A model generated the notes under the pieces. That model was given only the letters and a program-made list of their open reading frames with translations, was not told the DNA's origin and did not search any database. This document shows positions 1-7,409 of a stretch of 24,000 nt of DNA, in pieces. Made by a program: the position numbers and the translations under genes. The DNA is from Thermoplasmata archaeon (GTDB lineage Archaea; Thermoplasmatota; Thermoplasmata; RBG-16-68-12; JAFNFQ01). The stretch spans positions 17,304-41,303 of the forward strand of contig JBGPQV010000014.1 in assembly GCA_041489255.1 (NCBI GenBank). The letters run 5' to 3'. The number at the start of each line of letters is the position of its first letter. Within the stretch, counting starts at the first letter, position 1.

Positions 1-383
1 GCGACGTCCTCCCCCGTGTCCGTGAACGGGCGCGTGTCGAACAGTACCCACCCGCTGTTGACGATGCCCGACGAACCCACGATGTAGGTCGGGTCCTGCG
101 AGTCGCTCACGCATTGCGTGTGATTCGTGCAACCGCCCATGTTCGTCCAGTCCACGAATTGGAAGCCGAGGTCTCCCAGCAACGTCGCGTTCACCCAAGG
201 TGACGACCTTGCCCAGTTGCACTCTGGCGAGTTCTCCGGGTACCTCCCGTCCACATCGTAGACGCACGTCCAGTTCAGGTCCGTCCTGGCCCGCGCTCCT
301 GGCGGGACGATGACCAGCGATCCCGCAACGACGCTCAGCACCAACACTAGACACACGATTCGTCCGATTCTGTTTTCTCTCAA
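1..383 (-). CDS. Hypothetical secreted or membrane-anchored protein, N-terminal part only (gene runs off the window start)
   Basis: A minus-strand frame stays open to coordinate 1. It is absent from the ORF track because it is truncated. My translation from TTG 383..381 (alternative GTG 356..354) reads LRENRIGRIVCLVLVLSVVAGSLVIVPPGARARTDLNWTCVYDVDGRYPENSPECNW. A basic n-region followed by a hydrophobic core indicates a signal peptide or anchor. The TTG overlaps the TGA stop of the upstream gene (TTGA). Confidence 0.5.
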   Translation of the reverse strand, partial: MRENRIGRIVCLVLVLSVVAGSLVIVPPGARARTDLNWTCVYDVDGRYPENSPECNWARSSPWVNATLLGDLGFQFVDWTNMGGCTNHTQCVSDSQDPTYIVGSSGIVNSGWVLFDTRPFTDTGEDV

Positions 384-1465
384 GTCGTCGCCTCCTTTTT
401 CAAAGCATCAATCAATCTGGGCGGGACGTCCTCGATCGCCCGCTCATGCCATTCTTCTTCGTAGCTCCACTCCGCGCTCGCGAGGACTTCTTGGACGGCC
501 TGGTCGATGACGGGCTGGAACGAGCTCAGGTCCGGCAACCTCGCCTCGGGGAACGCGACCTCCAGGTCGACGGCCTCACCGTCCTCGATCTCCACGGCTC
601 GGGCGGCTTGCTCGATTCTCCGGGTGACCTCCCCCAGGAGGCCCGCGCCGACCGTGGCCGCGGCCTCTCGGATCCATAACGTCCGCTTTGCCAGCTCGGT
701 GGGGCTGATGTCCAGCCCGAGGATTACCATGCGGGCCTTGACGTAGGCGAGGGTCGGGTTCTCGATCCCCATTCGGGTCTTCAGGACCGCGAGGCTCGAG
801 ATCTCGTACCTGATCTCGCCCCTGTACTTCGGGGGCTCGGGTTGCGAAGGCAGGTTCAGCCGCTCTGCGTCCCCGTAGAGCAGGCCGACGTCCTGGGCCG
901 CCTCGATGATGAGATCGAGGTGACTGGTCCGGCGGGAGCCCTCGCCGAACACTCGGTAGATCCCGGTCCCCGCGCGGTCCGCGTCATGGAAGATGAGGAC
1001 GGGCTTGTCGTCGTCCTGGAGCAGCTGGCGGACCAGGCGGGTAGGGAACCCCTTCCCGGCGACGACGACTCCCCAACCGTAGTCGGAGAGCTCTTTGATC
1101 TTGTCGGCCTCGCCCGCCTTCTCCACGAATATCCAGCCGCGGTTCTGCTCCCACGCGTCCGGGAGGTCCTCGATGGGGTTCTTCGTCCCCTGGTCGTAGA
1201 ACCAGCCTTCGGGCTTGGCCTCGGGCCGCTGCAGCCCCTCGTTCTGCTCGAGGGAAGTCCACACGTCGTCGCGGTAGGTCGAGTAGCCCTGGTCGGTCAG
1301 GAACCAGTCGAACTCCTCCTGGGTGATCCTCTTGCCCAGCTCGGGGGCGATGAGGTCTCTCACGATGTAATAAGAGTCCCGTTGGAATTCGTCCTTGAGC
1401 AGTTCGTAGTTGGCGCGGATGATCTCCCTCACGACTTTCCAGAGGTTCGTCTTGGCCTTGGTCAT
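380..1465 (-). CDS. Stand-alone Spo11/topoisomerase VI subunit A-like protein (5Y-CAP-like Tyr motif plus Toprim; Topo mini-A-like)
   Basis: 361-aa ORF. Motifs read from the translation: QRDSYYIVRDL (aa 28-38, the R-[DE]-x-Y-Y catalytic-Tyr context of Spo11/Top6A), WIFVEKAGE (Toprim Glu, aa 115), VVVAGKGFPTRLVRQLL, IFHDADRAGTGIY (DxD, aa 161-163) and DVGLLYGDAERLNLP. The Tyr-to-Glu spacing of about 83 aa is similar to Top6A. An A/T box lies 20-30 nt upstream of the ATG. Confidence 0.7.
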   Translation of the reverse strand: MTKAKTNLWKVVREIIRANYELLKDEFQRDSYYIVRDLIAPELGKRITQEEFDWFLTDQGYSTYRDDVWTSLEQNEGLQRPEAKPEGWFYDQGTKNPIEDLPDAWEQNRGWIFVEKAGEADKIKELSDYGWGVVVAGKGFPTRLVRQLLQDDDKPVLIFHDADRAGTGIYRVFGEGSRRTSHLDLIIEAAQDVGLLYGDAERLNLPSQPEPPKYRGEIRYEISSLAVLKTRMGIENPTLAYVKARMVILGLDISPTELAKRTLWIREAAATVGAGLLGEVTRRIEQAARAVEIEDGEAVDLEVAFPEARLPDLSSFQPVIDQAVQEVLASAEWSYEEEWHERAIEDVPPRLIDALKKEATT

Positions 1466-1484
1466 GTTCTCACCTGGATGAGCT

Positions 1485-1495
1485 GAAAAATAAAG
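1485..1495 (-). promoter_or_regulatory. A/T box CTTTATTTTTC: candidate TATA box for the Top6A-like gene (leaderless) and/or oligo-T termination tract for the upstream RNase P RNA transcript
   Basis: The plus strand gaaaaataaag at 1485-1495 reads CTTTATTTTTC on the minus strand. Its centre is about 25 nt upstream of ATG 1465..1463. It is the only A/T-rich stretch between rnpB and the CDS. Confidence 0.45.
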
Positions 1496-1572
1496 GGCGC
1501 CCCCGCCCGCCAGGGCGGAGGCTTGGGGGGAAACTAGTCGGGGTAAAACTCGGAACGTCTCTATGGTAGGGG

Positions 1573-1613
1573 CCTACGGCAGTCGGTAATCCTATGGAGA
1601 AGACTGCCGTAGG
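1573..1613 (-). other. Perfect 12-bp hairpin with a 17-nt loop, immediately 3' of the RNase P RNA
   Basis: cctacggcagtc (1573-1584) is the exact reverse complement of gactgccgtagg (1602-1613). In RNA sense the 5' arm CCUACGGCAGUC repeats CCUACGGCGGUC found within the RNase P RNA 3' region (1626-1637). Confidence 0.6.
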
Positions 1614-1614
1614 G

Positions 1615-1977
1615 GGGCCAGGTGACCGCCGTAGGCCCCCTTCTGTTCTAACGGCATTTGACTTAGCGTCCTACCTGGCCTATCGGCCTTTTTGGACTTG
1701 CTCCGATGGGGAGTCGCCGTCTCACCAGTCGGCTCCGATCGCTCGGCTCCTGCACTCCGCCGCCAGCGTCCTCGTCATTACGTGCCGCGATTCATCCTCG
1801 GCGGCGGCTGTGTCGTTTCTGCGCCCTTGCCATCCCTCTCGGGATACCGGCTTGCGCCGGTCCACCAGCGTCCCCGCGGCCTCCGCGAGAGGCGCGCGGT
1901 TCGCTCGCCGGTTTGGAGGGGGGACCTTCCTCAGCAACCACGTTGGTCACCGTCGGCCGTCCACGGTCTCCTGGCGG
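1615..1977 (-). ncRNA. rnpB: RNase P RNA, archaeal type-A-like (ends approximate, about +/-15 nt)
   Basis: The reverse complement carries conserved blocks: GAGGAAGGTCCCCCC (CR-I, 1932..1918), GGCAAGGGCGCAGAAACGACACAG (1831..1808, CR-II/III-like), GGAGCAAGTCCAAAAAGGCCGATAGG (about 1704..1679; compare E. coli M1 GGAGCAAGGCCAAATAGG) and AACAGAAGGGGGCCTAC (CR-V, 1647..1631). P4 can form as GGTCCCCC/GGGGGCC. A terminal P1 can form as GCCAGGAGACC (1975..1965) with GGTCACCTGGC (1627..1617), 10 of 11 pairs. Confidence 0.85.
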
Positions 1978-1997
1978 GACTCCAACAGAGTTCCCGC

Positions 1998-2006
1998 CTA
2001 AAATGC
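1998..2006 (-). promoter_or_regulatory. Candidate TATA box (CATTTTAGG) for rnpB
   Basis: This A/T-rich 9-mer is centred about 26 nt upstream of the predicted RNA 5' end (about 1975-1977) inferred from the P1 pairing. Confidence 0.35.
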
Positions 2007-2097
2007 TTTCCGTTGGCGGACGAAGGAATTGACCTCCAGTGATTGATCAGTGCAGCTCACTTCAAGAGGCGATGACCGTCATCTATAAACCGCCAAT

Positions 2098-2559
2098 TTG
2101 CTTGCTCCAATCGTGCTCAGAATCCGGCTTTTCGCACCGAACGACGTCGGTCCAGTCATGGATTTGGTGAAGGCCTCCTTGAGGGAGAACTACCCGCCGA
2201 ACCTCTACCTGGACGTCCACCACTGGTGGAAGGAGGGATTCCTCGTGGCGGAGAACTCCGGCCAGGTCATCGGGTTCATGGCGTGCGTCGTGAACGCACC
2301 GGGCCAGGCCAGGGTGCTGATGCTCGCCATCGACGCACCTCACAGGAACCAAGGCATCGGGACGCAGCTCATGACCGCGTTCGTCAGAGAGTGCGCCGTC
2401 AGGGGGATGAAGTCGATCGAGCTCGAGGTCAGGCAGAGCAACCTCGCAGCCGTCAGATTCTACAGGCGCCATGGCTTCGAGATCACCTACACCCTCGAGC
2501 ATTTCTATACCGACGGCGAGGGCGGCTACAAGATGATCAAGCACATCGGGGCCGCCTGA
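2098..2559 (+). CDS. GNAT family N-acetyltransferase (RimI / archaeal Nat-like)
   Basis: 153-aa ORF with the acetyl-CoA motif-A region VLMLAIDAPHRNQGIGTQLM and the C-terminal AVRFYRRHGFE. A TATAAA box at 2084-2089 favours a leaderless start at GTG 2113 rather than TTG 2098. Confidence 0.85.
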   Translation: MLAPIVLRIRLFAPNDVGPVMDLVKASLRENYPPNLYLDVHHWWKEGFLVAENSGQVIGFMACVVNAPGQARVLMLAIDAPHRNQGIGTQLMTAFVRECAVRGMKSIELEVRQSNLAAVRFYRRHGFEITYTLEHFYTDGEGGYKMIKHIGAA

Positions 2560-2563
2560 GGCC

Positions 2564-4096
2564 CTACTTGTACCCTTCCATGCCCTCGCTCGGATGATAA
2601 TTCCAGTAATTGTATGGCGACGCGCTCTTCTGTGACTCCGTGACGTCCTTCGCGACCCCGCCGTAGTAGGAGCCGTACTTCGCCTTGATCTGCTCCTCGG
2701 CACTCCTTGCCCTCTTGAGCGCGTCCTTGATGTGCTTCGGCTCGATCAGGGGGCTCTTCTCGGTCACCGCCAGGTCCCCCGCCGACCTGATGAGCCCGCC
2801 GAGTTCCCTGAGGCGCAAGGTCAACGATTTCTCCTGCCCATCGACCTCCTTAGCGCGCCTGTGCGCCTCGGTGATCAACGCCTGCACCGCGTCCCTCGTG
2901 GCCGGAGGGATGCGCTTGTCCATCGCGATTTCCTGCGCGGTGAACTGCGCCAGCTTCGACCTGTTTACCTCGTTGTCCTCCATCGTGGTTTCGACGAGGA
3001 CCTCGTAGCCGCTGCCCATGATCCTCGACCTGAGGGGCGAGAGGATGTGCGGGAGGTCCTGGATGTTGCACGCTGCCACGAAGATGAAGTCGCAAGGGAC
3101 GGCATCGACGCGGACGCTCGCGCCGGCGCTCTGCGGGTTCCTTCCCGAAATCGGGAACCGTTTCTCCTGCATTGCGGTGAGGATGTACCTCTGGAGGAAA
3201 CCGAGCTGCGGCAGCTCGTCTATGAACAGCACGCCCTCGTGCGCCTCGTGTATCGCGCCGGGCACGACCCTCTCGTACGGCTGGGTGCCGAGCTGTGGAT
3301 GGCCGCCGTACGGGTCGTGTCTCACGTCCCCCAGCAGCTCCGTGTCGCTCGCCCCGGTCGCGAGCACGAAAGGGTTCCTCTCGACCGGGACGAGGACCTT
3401 CCTGGGGCTGATCTGCTCCATCTCCCTGCGCTTCTCCAGCGCCTTCTGGTCCAGCACCTTGATGAGCTCGCCCGCCCGCTCGTAGACGACGACCTCCTCC
3501 TGGCCGAACCTGCGTCTCGTGGTCGTGACCCTGTCTTTTGCGGCTATGGTGCCCAGGGTGACCTCGAAGAGACCGCCGAGCAGGTCCCCGAAGGGGTTGC
3601 TGGCGGTCTGATGTATCGCGGACTTGGGGCGGCTGCATTTGGGGCAGACCCTGTCTTTCGGTGAGGAGTAGATGCCGCAGTGCACGCACTTGTAGCCCAG
3701 ACGTTCAGCGACATTTATCGGCGCCTCCTTCGGATCGATCAGCTCGCCCTCGGCGCCCTCCCTTTCCAGGTTGTCCTTCACCACGTCATCGCGCTTCCTG
3801 ACCTCGATCATCGGCCGCTCGGGGTTCTCAGGGTTGTGGACGACCCGTATCTCCTCCATCGGGCGGGGAAGGTGCAGCGACAGCGCCTGCGCTATCATCG
3901 ACTTCCCGGTGCCCGGCGGGCCGACGAGGAGGAGATGTCTCCTCTGCGTCGCCGCGGTCCTGGCGAGGGTGACGGCGTCGTCCTGCCCGATGACCCGCTC
4001 CAACGGGTCCGTGGGGATGGGTATGTCTGTGGTCGACTCGATCTGGTCGAGGTTGACTATCGTCGGTTTCTTCGGCGGACGCCTCTCGACTGTCAT
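2564..4096 (-). CDS. LonB-like AAA+ ATPase with a zinc-ribbon insertion; no membrane anchor and no S16 protease domain
   Basis: 510 aa with Walker A GPPGTGKS (aa 59-66) and Walker B VLFIDE (aa 289-294). The block PGAIHEAHEGVLFIDELPQL...LTAMQEKRFPISGRN...VPCDFIFVAACN...PLRSRI matches archaeal LonB ATPase modules as I recall them. A CVHC-x10-CPKC ribbon (aa 137-154) lies between Walker A and B. The ORF ends about 70 aa after the AAA lid. It starts 9 nt after the dnaG stop and is preceded by GAGGAAGG. Confidence 0.8.
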   Translation of the reverse strand: MTVERRPPKKPTIVNLDQIESTTDIPIPTDPLERVIGQDDAVTLARTAATQRRHLLLVGPPGTGKSMIAQALSLHLPRPMEEIRVVHNPENPERPMIEVRKRDDVVKDNLEREGAEGELIDPKEAPINVAERLGYKCVHCGIYSSPKDRVCPKCSRPKSAIHQTASNPFGDLLGGLFEVTLGTIAAKDRVTTTRRRFGQEEVVVYERAGELIKVLDQKALEKRREMEQISPRKVLVPVERNPFVLATGASDTELLGDVRHDPYGGHPQLGTQPYERVVPGAIHEAHEGVLFIDELPQLGFLQRYILTAMQEKRFPISGRNPQSAGASVRVDAVPCDFIFVAACNIQDLPHILSPLRSRIMGSGYEVLVETTMEDNEVNRSKLAQFTAQEIAMDKRIPPATRDAVQALITEAHRRAKEVDGQEKSLTLRLRELGGLIRSAGDLAVTEKSPLIEPKHIKDALKRARSAEEQIKAKYGSYYGGVAKDVTESQKSASPYNYWNYHPSEGMEGYK

Positions 4097-4105
4097 CCTT
4101 CCTCA

Positions 4106-5416
4106 TCAACTCGCGAAATCGCCCTTGGTGAGTATCTGGACGTTGGCGGGCTGTTTTGCCACCGTGCCCATCTTCGCGCCGACCACGGACTTGATGCCTA
4201 TGTCGGCAGCTATGTCAAGTATCCTCTGGGTTATAATCCCGTCGAACACAACGGCCCTGACTCTCTTGGTGTTTGACTTGAGGGTCTCGACGAGCTCCCT
4301 GACGGGTACCTCGACCGCGATCTCGTCCCTGTCGTCCAGTATCCTCGCCCTCGAGGACCCGGAAAGTTCGATCAGCATGTCCCGGTACTTCTCGATCTGC
4401 GGGGGGATCCTTCTCTGCGGCTCTCTCGCAGGAGGTTCCTCCTGAGGCTCAGGCGCCCGCTCGGGCATCGGGGGCTCAGGCTCCTCCGTCGGCGGCGGGG
4501 CTGGCGGTGCCAGGCCCGCTGGCCGCGGCTTCTCCTCCTCCGTCGCCTTCAGTGTGATCCCTCCGAGGCCGTACATCTCGACGTACTGCTCGGCGGGTAT
4601 CTTGTTCCTGAGGGCCTTCATGATCTGCTTCTGGGTCATCTCCTCGACCTCCGTGCCCCTCGGGGCCCGGGCGATGAAGTCGACCTCGGCCACCTGGAGC
4701 ATTTCCTTGAGGATGAGGTCCCCGCCCCTGTCGCCGTCGACGAACGCCGTGACGACGCGCTCCTTCGCGAGGTCCTGTATCGTCTTGGAGATGTTCGTGC
4801 CCTCGACTGCAATCGAGTTCTTTATCCCGCACTTGAGCAGGTTGAGCACGTCGGACCTCCCCTCGACGACGATGATTGCGTCGCTGTCGGAGATGTTCGG
4901 TCCTGCAGGCAGGCGCTCCGGTCCGAAGGAAATCGCCTCCGAGACCTGAACCGACCGCCTGACCTCGTCCAAGAGGCCGAGGCCGGATGTCCGCGAGGTG
5001 TCCACCATGTTGGTGAGCAGCTGCCTCGCCCTCTCGACTATCTTGTTCCTCTTGGTAATCCTGACGTCCTCTACCTTCTCGACCTTGATGATCGCCTTGC
5101 ACGGTCCGACCCTGTCAATCGTCTCCAGGGCCGATGCAAGGACGCTCGTCTCGACCTGGTCGAGACTCGATGGGATGTAGATGTTGCCTTCGCTCTTGCC
5201 CTTCTTCGCTATCACTTCGACTTCTATGCGCCCGATCCTGCCGCTCTTCTGGAGATCTCTGAGGTCTAGCTCATCTCCCAACAGACCCTCTGTCTGGCCG
5301 AAGACAGCCCCTATTACGTCGGGCTTCTCGACAACCCCATCAGCATCCAGACGAGCGTGAATCAGGTACTTCGTCGTGCTTGGATCTATGTTCATATTCT
5401 CTGTTCCTAGGGACAA
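4106..5416 (-). CDS. dnaG: Archaeal DnaG primase (Toprim; exosome-associated type)
   Basis: Diagnostic N-terminal block KYLIHARLDADGVVEKPDVIGAVFGQTEGLLGDELDLRDLQKSGRIGRI, with Toprim motifs IIVVEGRSDV and FVDGDRGGD. The likely true start is ATG 5395 (MNIDPS) rather than TTG 5416. A P/E-rich linker occupies aa 293-339. Confidence 0.92.
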   Translation of the reverse strand: MSLGTENMNIDPSTTKYLIHARLDADGVVEKPDVIGAVFGQTEGLLGDELDLRDLQKSGRIGRIEVEVIAKKGKSEGNIYIPSSLDQVETSVLASALETIDRVGPCKAIIKVEKVEDVRITKRNKIVERARQLLTNMVDTSRTSGLGLLDEVRRSVQVSEAISFGPERLPAGPNISDSDAIIVVEGRSDVLNLLKCGIKNSIAVEGTNISKTIQDLAKERVVTAFVDGDRGGDLILKEMLQVAEVDFIARAPRGTEVEEMTQKQIMKALRNKIPAEQYVEMYGLGGITLKATEEEKPRPAGLAPPAPPPTEEPEPPMPERAPEPQEEPPAREPQRRIPPQIEKYRDMLIELSGSSRARILDDRDEIAVEVPVRELVETLKSNTKRVRAVVFDGIITQRILDIAADIGIKSVVGAKMGTVAKQPANVQILTKGDFAS

Positions 5417-5576
5417 ACGAGAACGACTGATCCGCTCCAGACATCGCTACTCGCGAATGCGGGGTGGCTCCTTTCTCACGCGCAACCCCTTACTAATGTG
5501 ATGATTGGTAACGGGATGAGTGGGAATGGTCATTATCGCTTGCTATCCCTTGGATACCTATTCGGGTCGCCTTTAT

Positions 5577-6008
5577 TTAAACATTGCGACGCCGTTGCGC
5601 CACCGAGGCCAACTTGGAGGGCGCGGCTGCGCCGATCGAGTCCACGCTCTCCATGCTCACGACGGCCATCAGCGCCGCCTTCGCCGGGATGAGGTTGAGG
5701 TAGAATTGCAGCGTCCCGAAGACAAGGAGCACGAGCCATGCCAGGACGGCCGGGATGAACAGCTGGTCCGTCGAAGGCAGCCGCCCGAACGCAGGCAGCC
5801 ACGCGGCGAGCGCCGGCATGAACGCGAGAGCAAATGCGGCGAACGAGCGCTTGATTCGCGCTTCATCTGCGGTGAGACCTGCATTCGTCGTTGATTTCGC
5901 ACGCGTCGCAATCCTCAGGTACACGCGCGCGGTCGTTGCGACGACGACAAACCAGACAACCCCAAGAACGGCCTGGGACAATACTCCTGCGATTCGCTCG
6001 ATGTCCAT
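5577..6008 (-). CDS. Hypothetical integral membrane protein (3-4 predicted TM helices)
   Basis: 143-aa ORF with hydrophobic stretches VLGVVWFVVVATTA, FAAFALAFMPALAAWLPAF and IPAVLAWLVLLVFGTL. A CTATAG box at 6034-6039 lies about 28 nt upstream of ATG 6008. I recognise no family. Confidence 0.5.
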   Translation of the reverse strand: MDIERIAGVLSQAVLGVVWFVVVATTARVYLRIATRAKSTTNAGLTADEARIKRSFAAFALAFMPALAAWLPAFGRLPSTDQLFIPAVLAWLVLLVFGTLQFYLNLIPAKAALMAVVSMESVDSIGAAAPSKLASVAQRRRNV

Positions 6009-6081
6009 CTCGCCCTCGGCGAGTTCATCGATGCAGGATGACTATAGCCTATTGACCTAGTTATTGCGGTTGAGAACACGA

Positions 6082-6564
6082 TTACGCGCCGAGAATCTCC
6101 TCGGCCTCGCGCGCGGCTTGGTCCAACTCCTTCGCCGCGAGCTCGCGGTCAACATCCCCGCTCATCATGGCGAACAGGCTGGCGGTGCCGCCCGCGATGG
6201 ATTTCACCACAACGACGGAGTCTTTCGACTCGGTCACGACTCTTTCAGCGGGTTCGAGGCCGAGGTTGGCCAATACGTTGGAACACGACTGCATGGCCAG
6301 CGCGCTCATGGCGGTAACCATCATCACGTTGACCTTCGGCGGCAGGTCGCTCGCGATCGGGAGGCCACTCTTGTCAGCTATTGCCGAACCGCGTATGTAA
6401 GGAACCCGTCGCCTGAATTCAAGAAGCACAGCCTGGAGCATCTCGGCAAGATTGCCCACTTTTCCCGCGACCCTCTCCGTCTGCTGGATGGACATGCTGT
6501 CGGCCGGAAAAGCACTCCTCTGTCCGGGCATTAATGTTTGCGGGACGATTATCACATGCCACAA
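6082..6564 (-). CDS. Roadblock/LC7 (MglB-like) domain protein
   Basis: The pattern VPYIRGSAIADKSGLPIASDLPP...VVVVKSI is typical of Roadblock/LC7 proteins. An ATTAAT box at 6529-6536 suggests a leaderless start at ATG 6495 (MSIQQTERV, 137 aa) rather than 6564. Confidence 0.7.
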   Translation of the reverse strand: MWHVIIVPQTLMPGQRSAFPADSMSIQQTERVAGKVGNLAEMLQAVLLEFRRRVPYIRGSAIADKSGLPIASDLPPKVNVMMVTAMSALAMQSCSNVLANLGLEPAERVVTESKDSVVVVKSIAGGTASLFAMMSGDVDRELAAKELDQAAREAEEILGA

Positions 6565-6572
6565 TCACTGGC

Positions 6573-7046
6573 TTACTGCCGGCGTTCCTTCGCCGCCCTC
6601 GCCCTCCTCAATGACTCGTCGGTCCTGCGCCGTGCCCCCTCCTGCCGCTGTTCCTTCGTCCAGCGCTTCAATGTCTGGATGTAGTTCGGGAGGCCTTCGA
6701 CATCCTTCACATCCTTCCTGCAGAGGACTGCGATCTTTTGGCGGTACTCCAGGTTCGGCTTGGCTCCGTTCGCAGTCAGCCCCTCCCGGATGCGTCTGCA
6801 CAATGTCCCGCCGCGGGAGTCCCAGTCCGTCAACACGATGACCAGCCTGTGCTTACTTGAAACCTGCTCGCAGAAGTTGAAGAGAGACGAGCCCTTGTTC
6901 ACTGTAATGATTTCGCCCTCCATCCCCAAGTTTCGAAGAGCAGTGGCATCTTTCCCGCCTTCAACGATGAGCGGCACTGCAACGTTCTCCTCCCGAAGTT
7001 CATCCAGAGTCTCCTGCAATTTCTCAAGGATGTCCTCATATTTCAT
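6573..7046 (-). CDS. Small Toprim domain protein (primase-like / RNase M5-like, COG1658-type)
   Basis: Toprim motifs PLIVEGGKDATALRNLG and LVIVLTDWDSRGG, followed by a basic C-terminal tail. The start overlaps the stop of the upstream DUF167 gene (ATGA at 7043-7046). Confidence 0.75.
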   Translation of the reverse strand: MKYEDILEKLQETLDELREENVAVPLIVEGGKDATALRNLGMEGEIITVNKGSSLFNFCEQVSSKHRLVIVLTDWDSRGGTLCRRIREGLTANGAKPNLEYRQKIAVLCRKDVKDVEGLPNYIQTLKRWTKEQRQEGARRRTDESLRRARAAKERRQ

Positions 7047-7378
7047 TTCTTGAGCACCTCCAGGAGTCTGGCCCGGGTTCGGGTGCAGTCGAGGTCAATC
7101 AAGACCACTTCCTTCAACCTCGAGGTCTGGCCGGTCATCAGGCGGACTCTATTCGTTGGGATCTGGAATGTCTCCGCGATGAATTCGAGCAGCGCAGCAT
7201 TGGCTTTTCCTTGTCGCGGTTCGGCGGCGATTTTCACCCTGAGCGCATCCCGCCACTCGTCCACGCGCTCCCACGAATTGACTTTTGCATTGGGGACCAC
7301 TTCCACCCTCAGGATTGTTCCTTCCTTGCACATCCTCACCGACCTGCCAATATCCCACGCCTTCTTGGGCGGGTCCAT
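7043..7378 (-). CDS. DUF167 / YggU (UPF0235) family protein
   Basis: 111 aa. The pattern LRVEVVPNAKVNSW...LRVKIAAEPRQGKANAALLEFIAETFQIP...VRLMTGQTSRLKEVVL matches the YggU signature (app-x-GkAN ... G-x-tSr-x-K). Confidence 0.85.
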   Translation of the reverse strand: MDPPKKAWDIGRSVRMCKEGTILRVEVVPNAKVNSWERVDEWRDALRVKIAAEPRQGKANAALLEFIAETFQIPTNRVRLMTGQTSRLKEVVLIDLDCTRTRARLLEVLKK

Positions 7379-7400
7379 CGCGCAGATGAGGAGGGCAGAC

Positions 7401-7409
7401 TATAATAAA
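7401..7409. promoter_or_regulatory. Shared A/T box TATAATAAA between divergent leaderless genes (DUF167 operon and GINS)
   Basis: This is the only A/T-rich element in the 52-nt spacer. It sits 23-31 nt from ATG 7378 (minus) and 22-30 nt from ATG 7431 (plus). Confidence 0.5.

Noticed and set aside
842-1486. Long ORFs antisense to or overlapping well-supported genes. Examples are 842..1486(+), 2732..3664(+), 2850..3689(-), 3680..4445(+), 8936..10102(-), 10256..11515(-), 12274..12999(-), 10921..11592(+) and 22844..23416(-).
   Set aside because: Their translations are Arg/Pro/Gly/His-rich and low-complexity with no motifs. They lie opposite genes with clear family signatures. Stop-poor shadow frames of this kind are expected in 60% GC DNA.
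5488-5560. C/D box sRNA seeded by GTGATGA at 5490-5496.
   Set aside because: No CTGA D or D' boxes occur at the required spacing, and the termini are not complementary.
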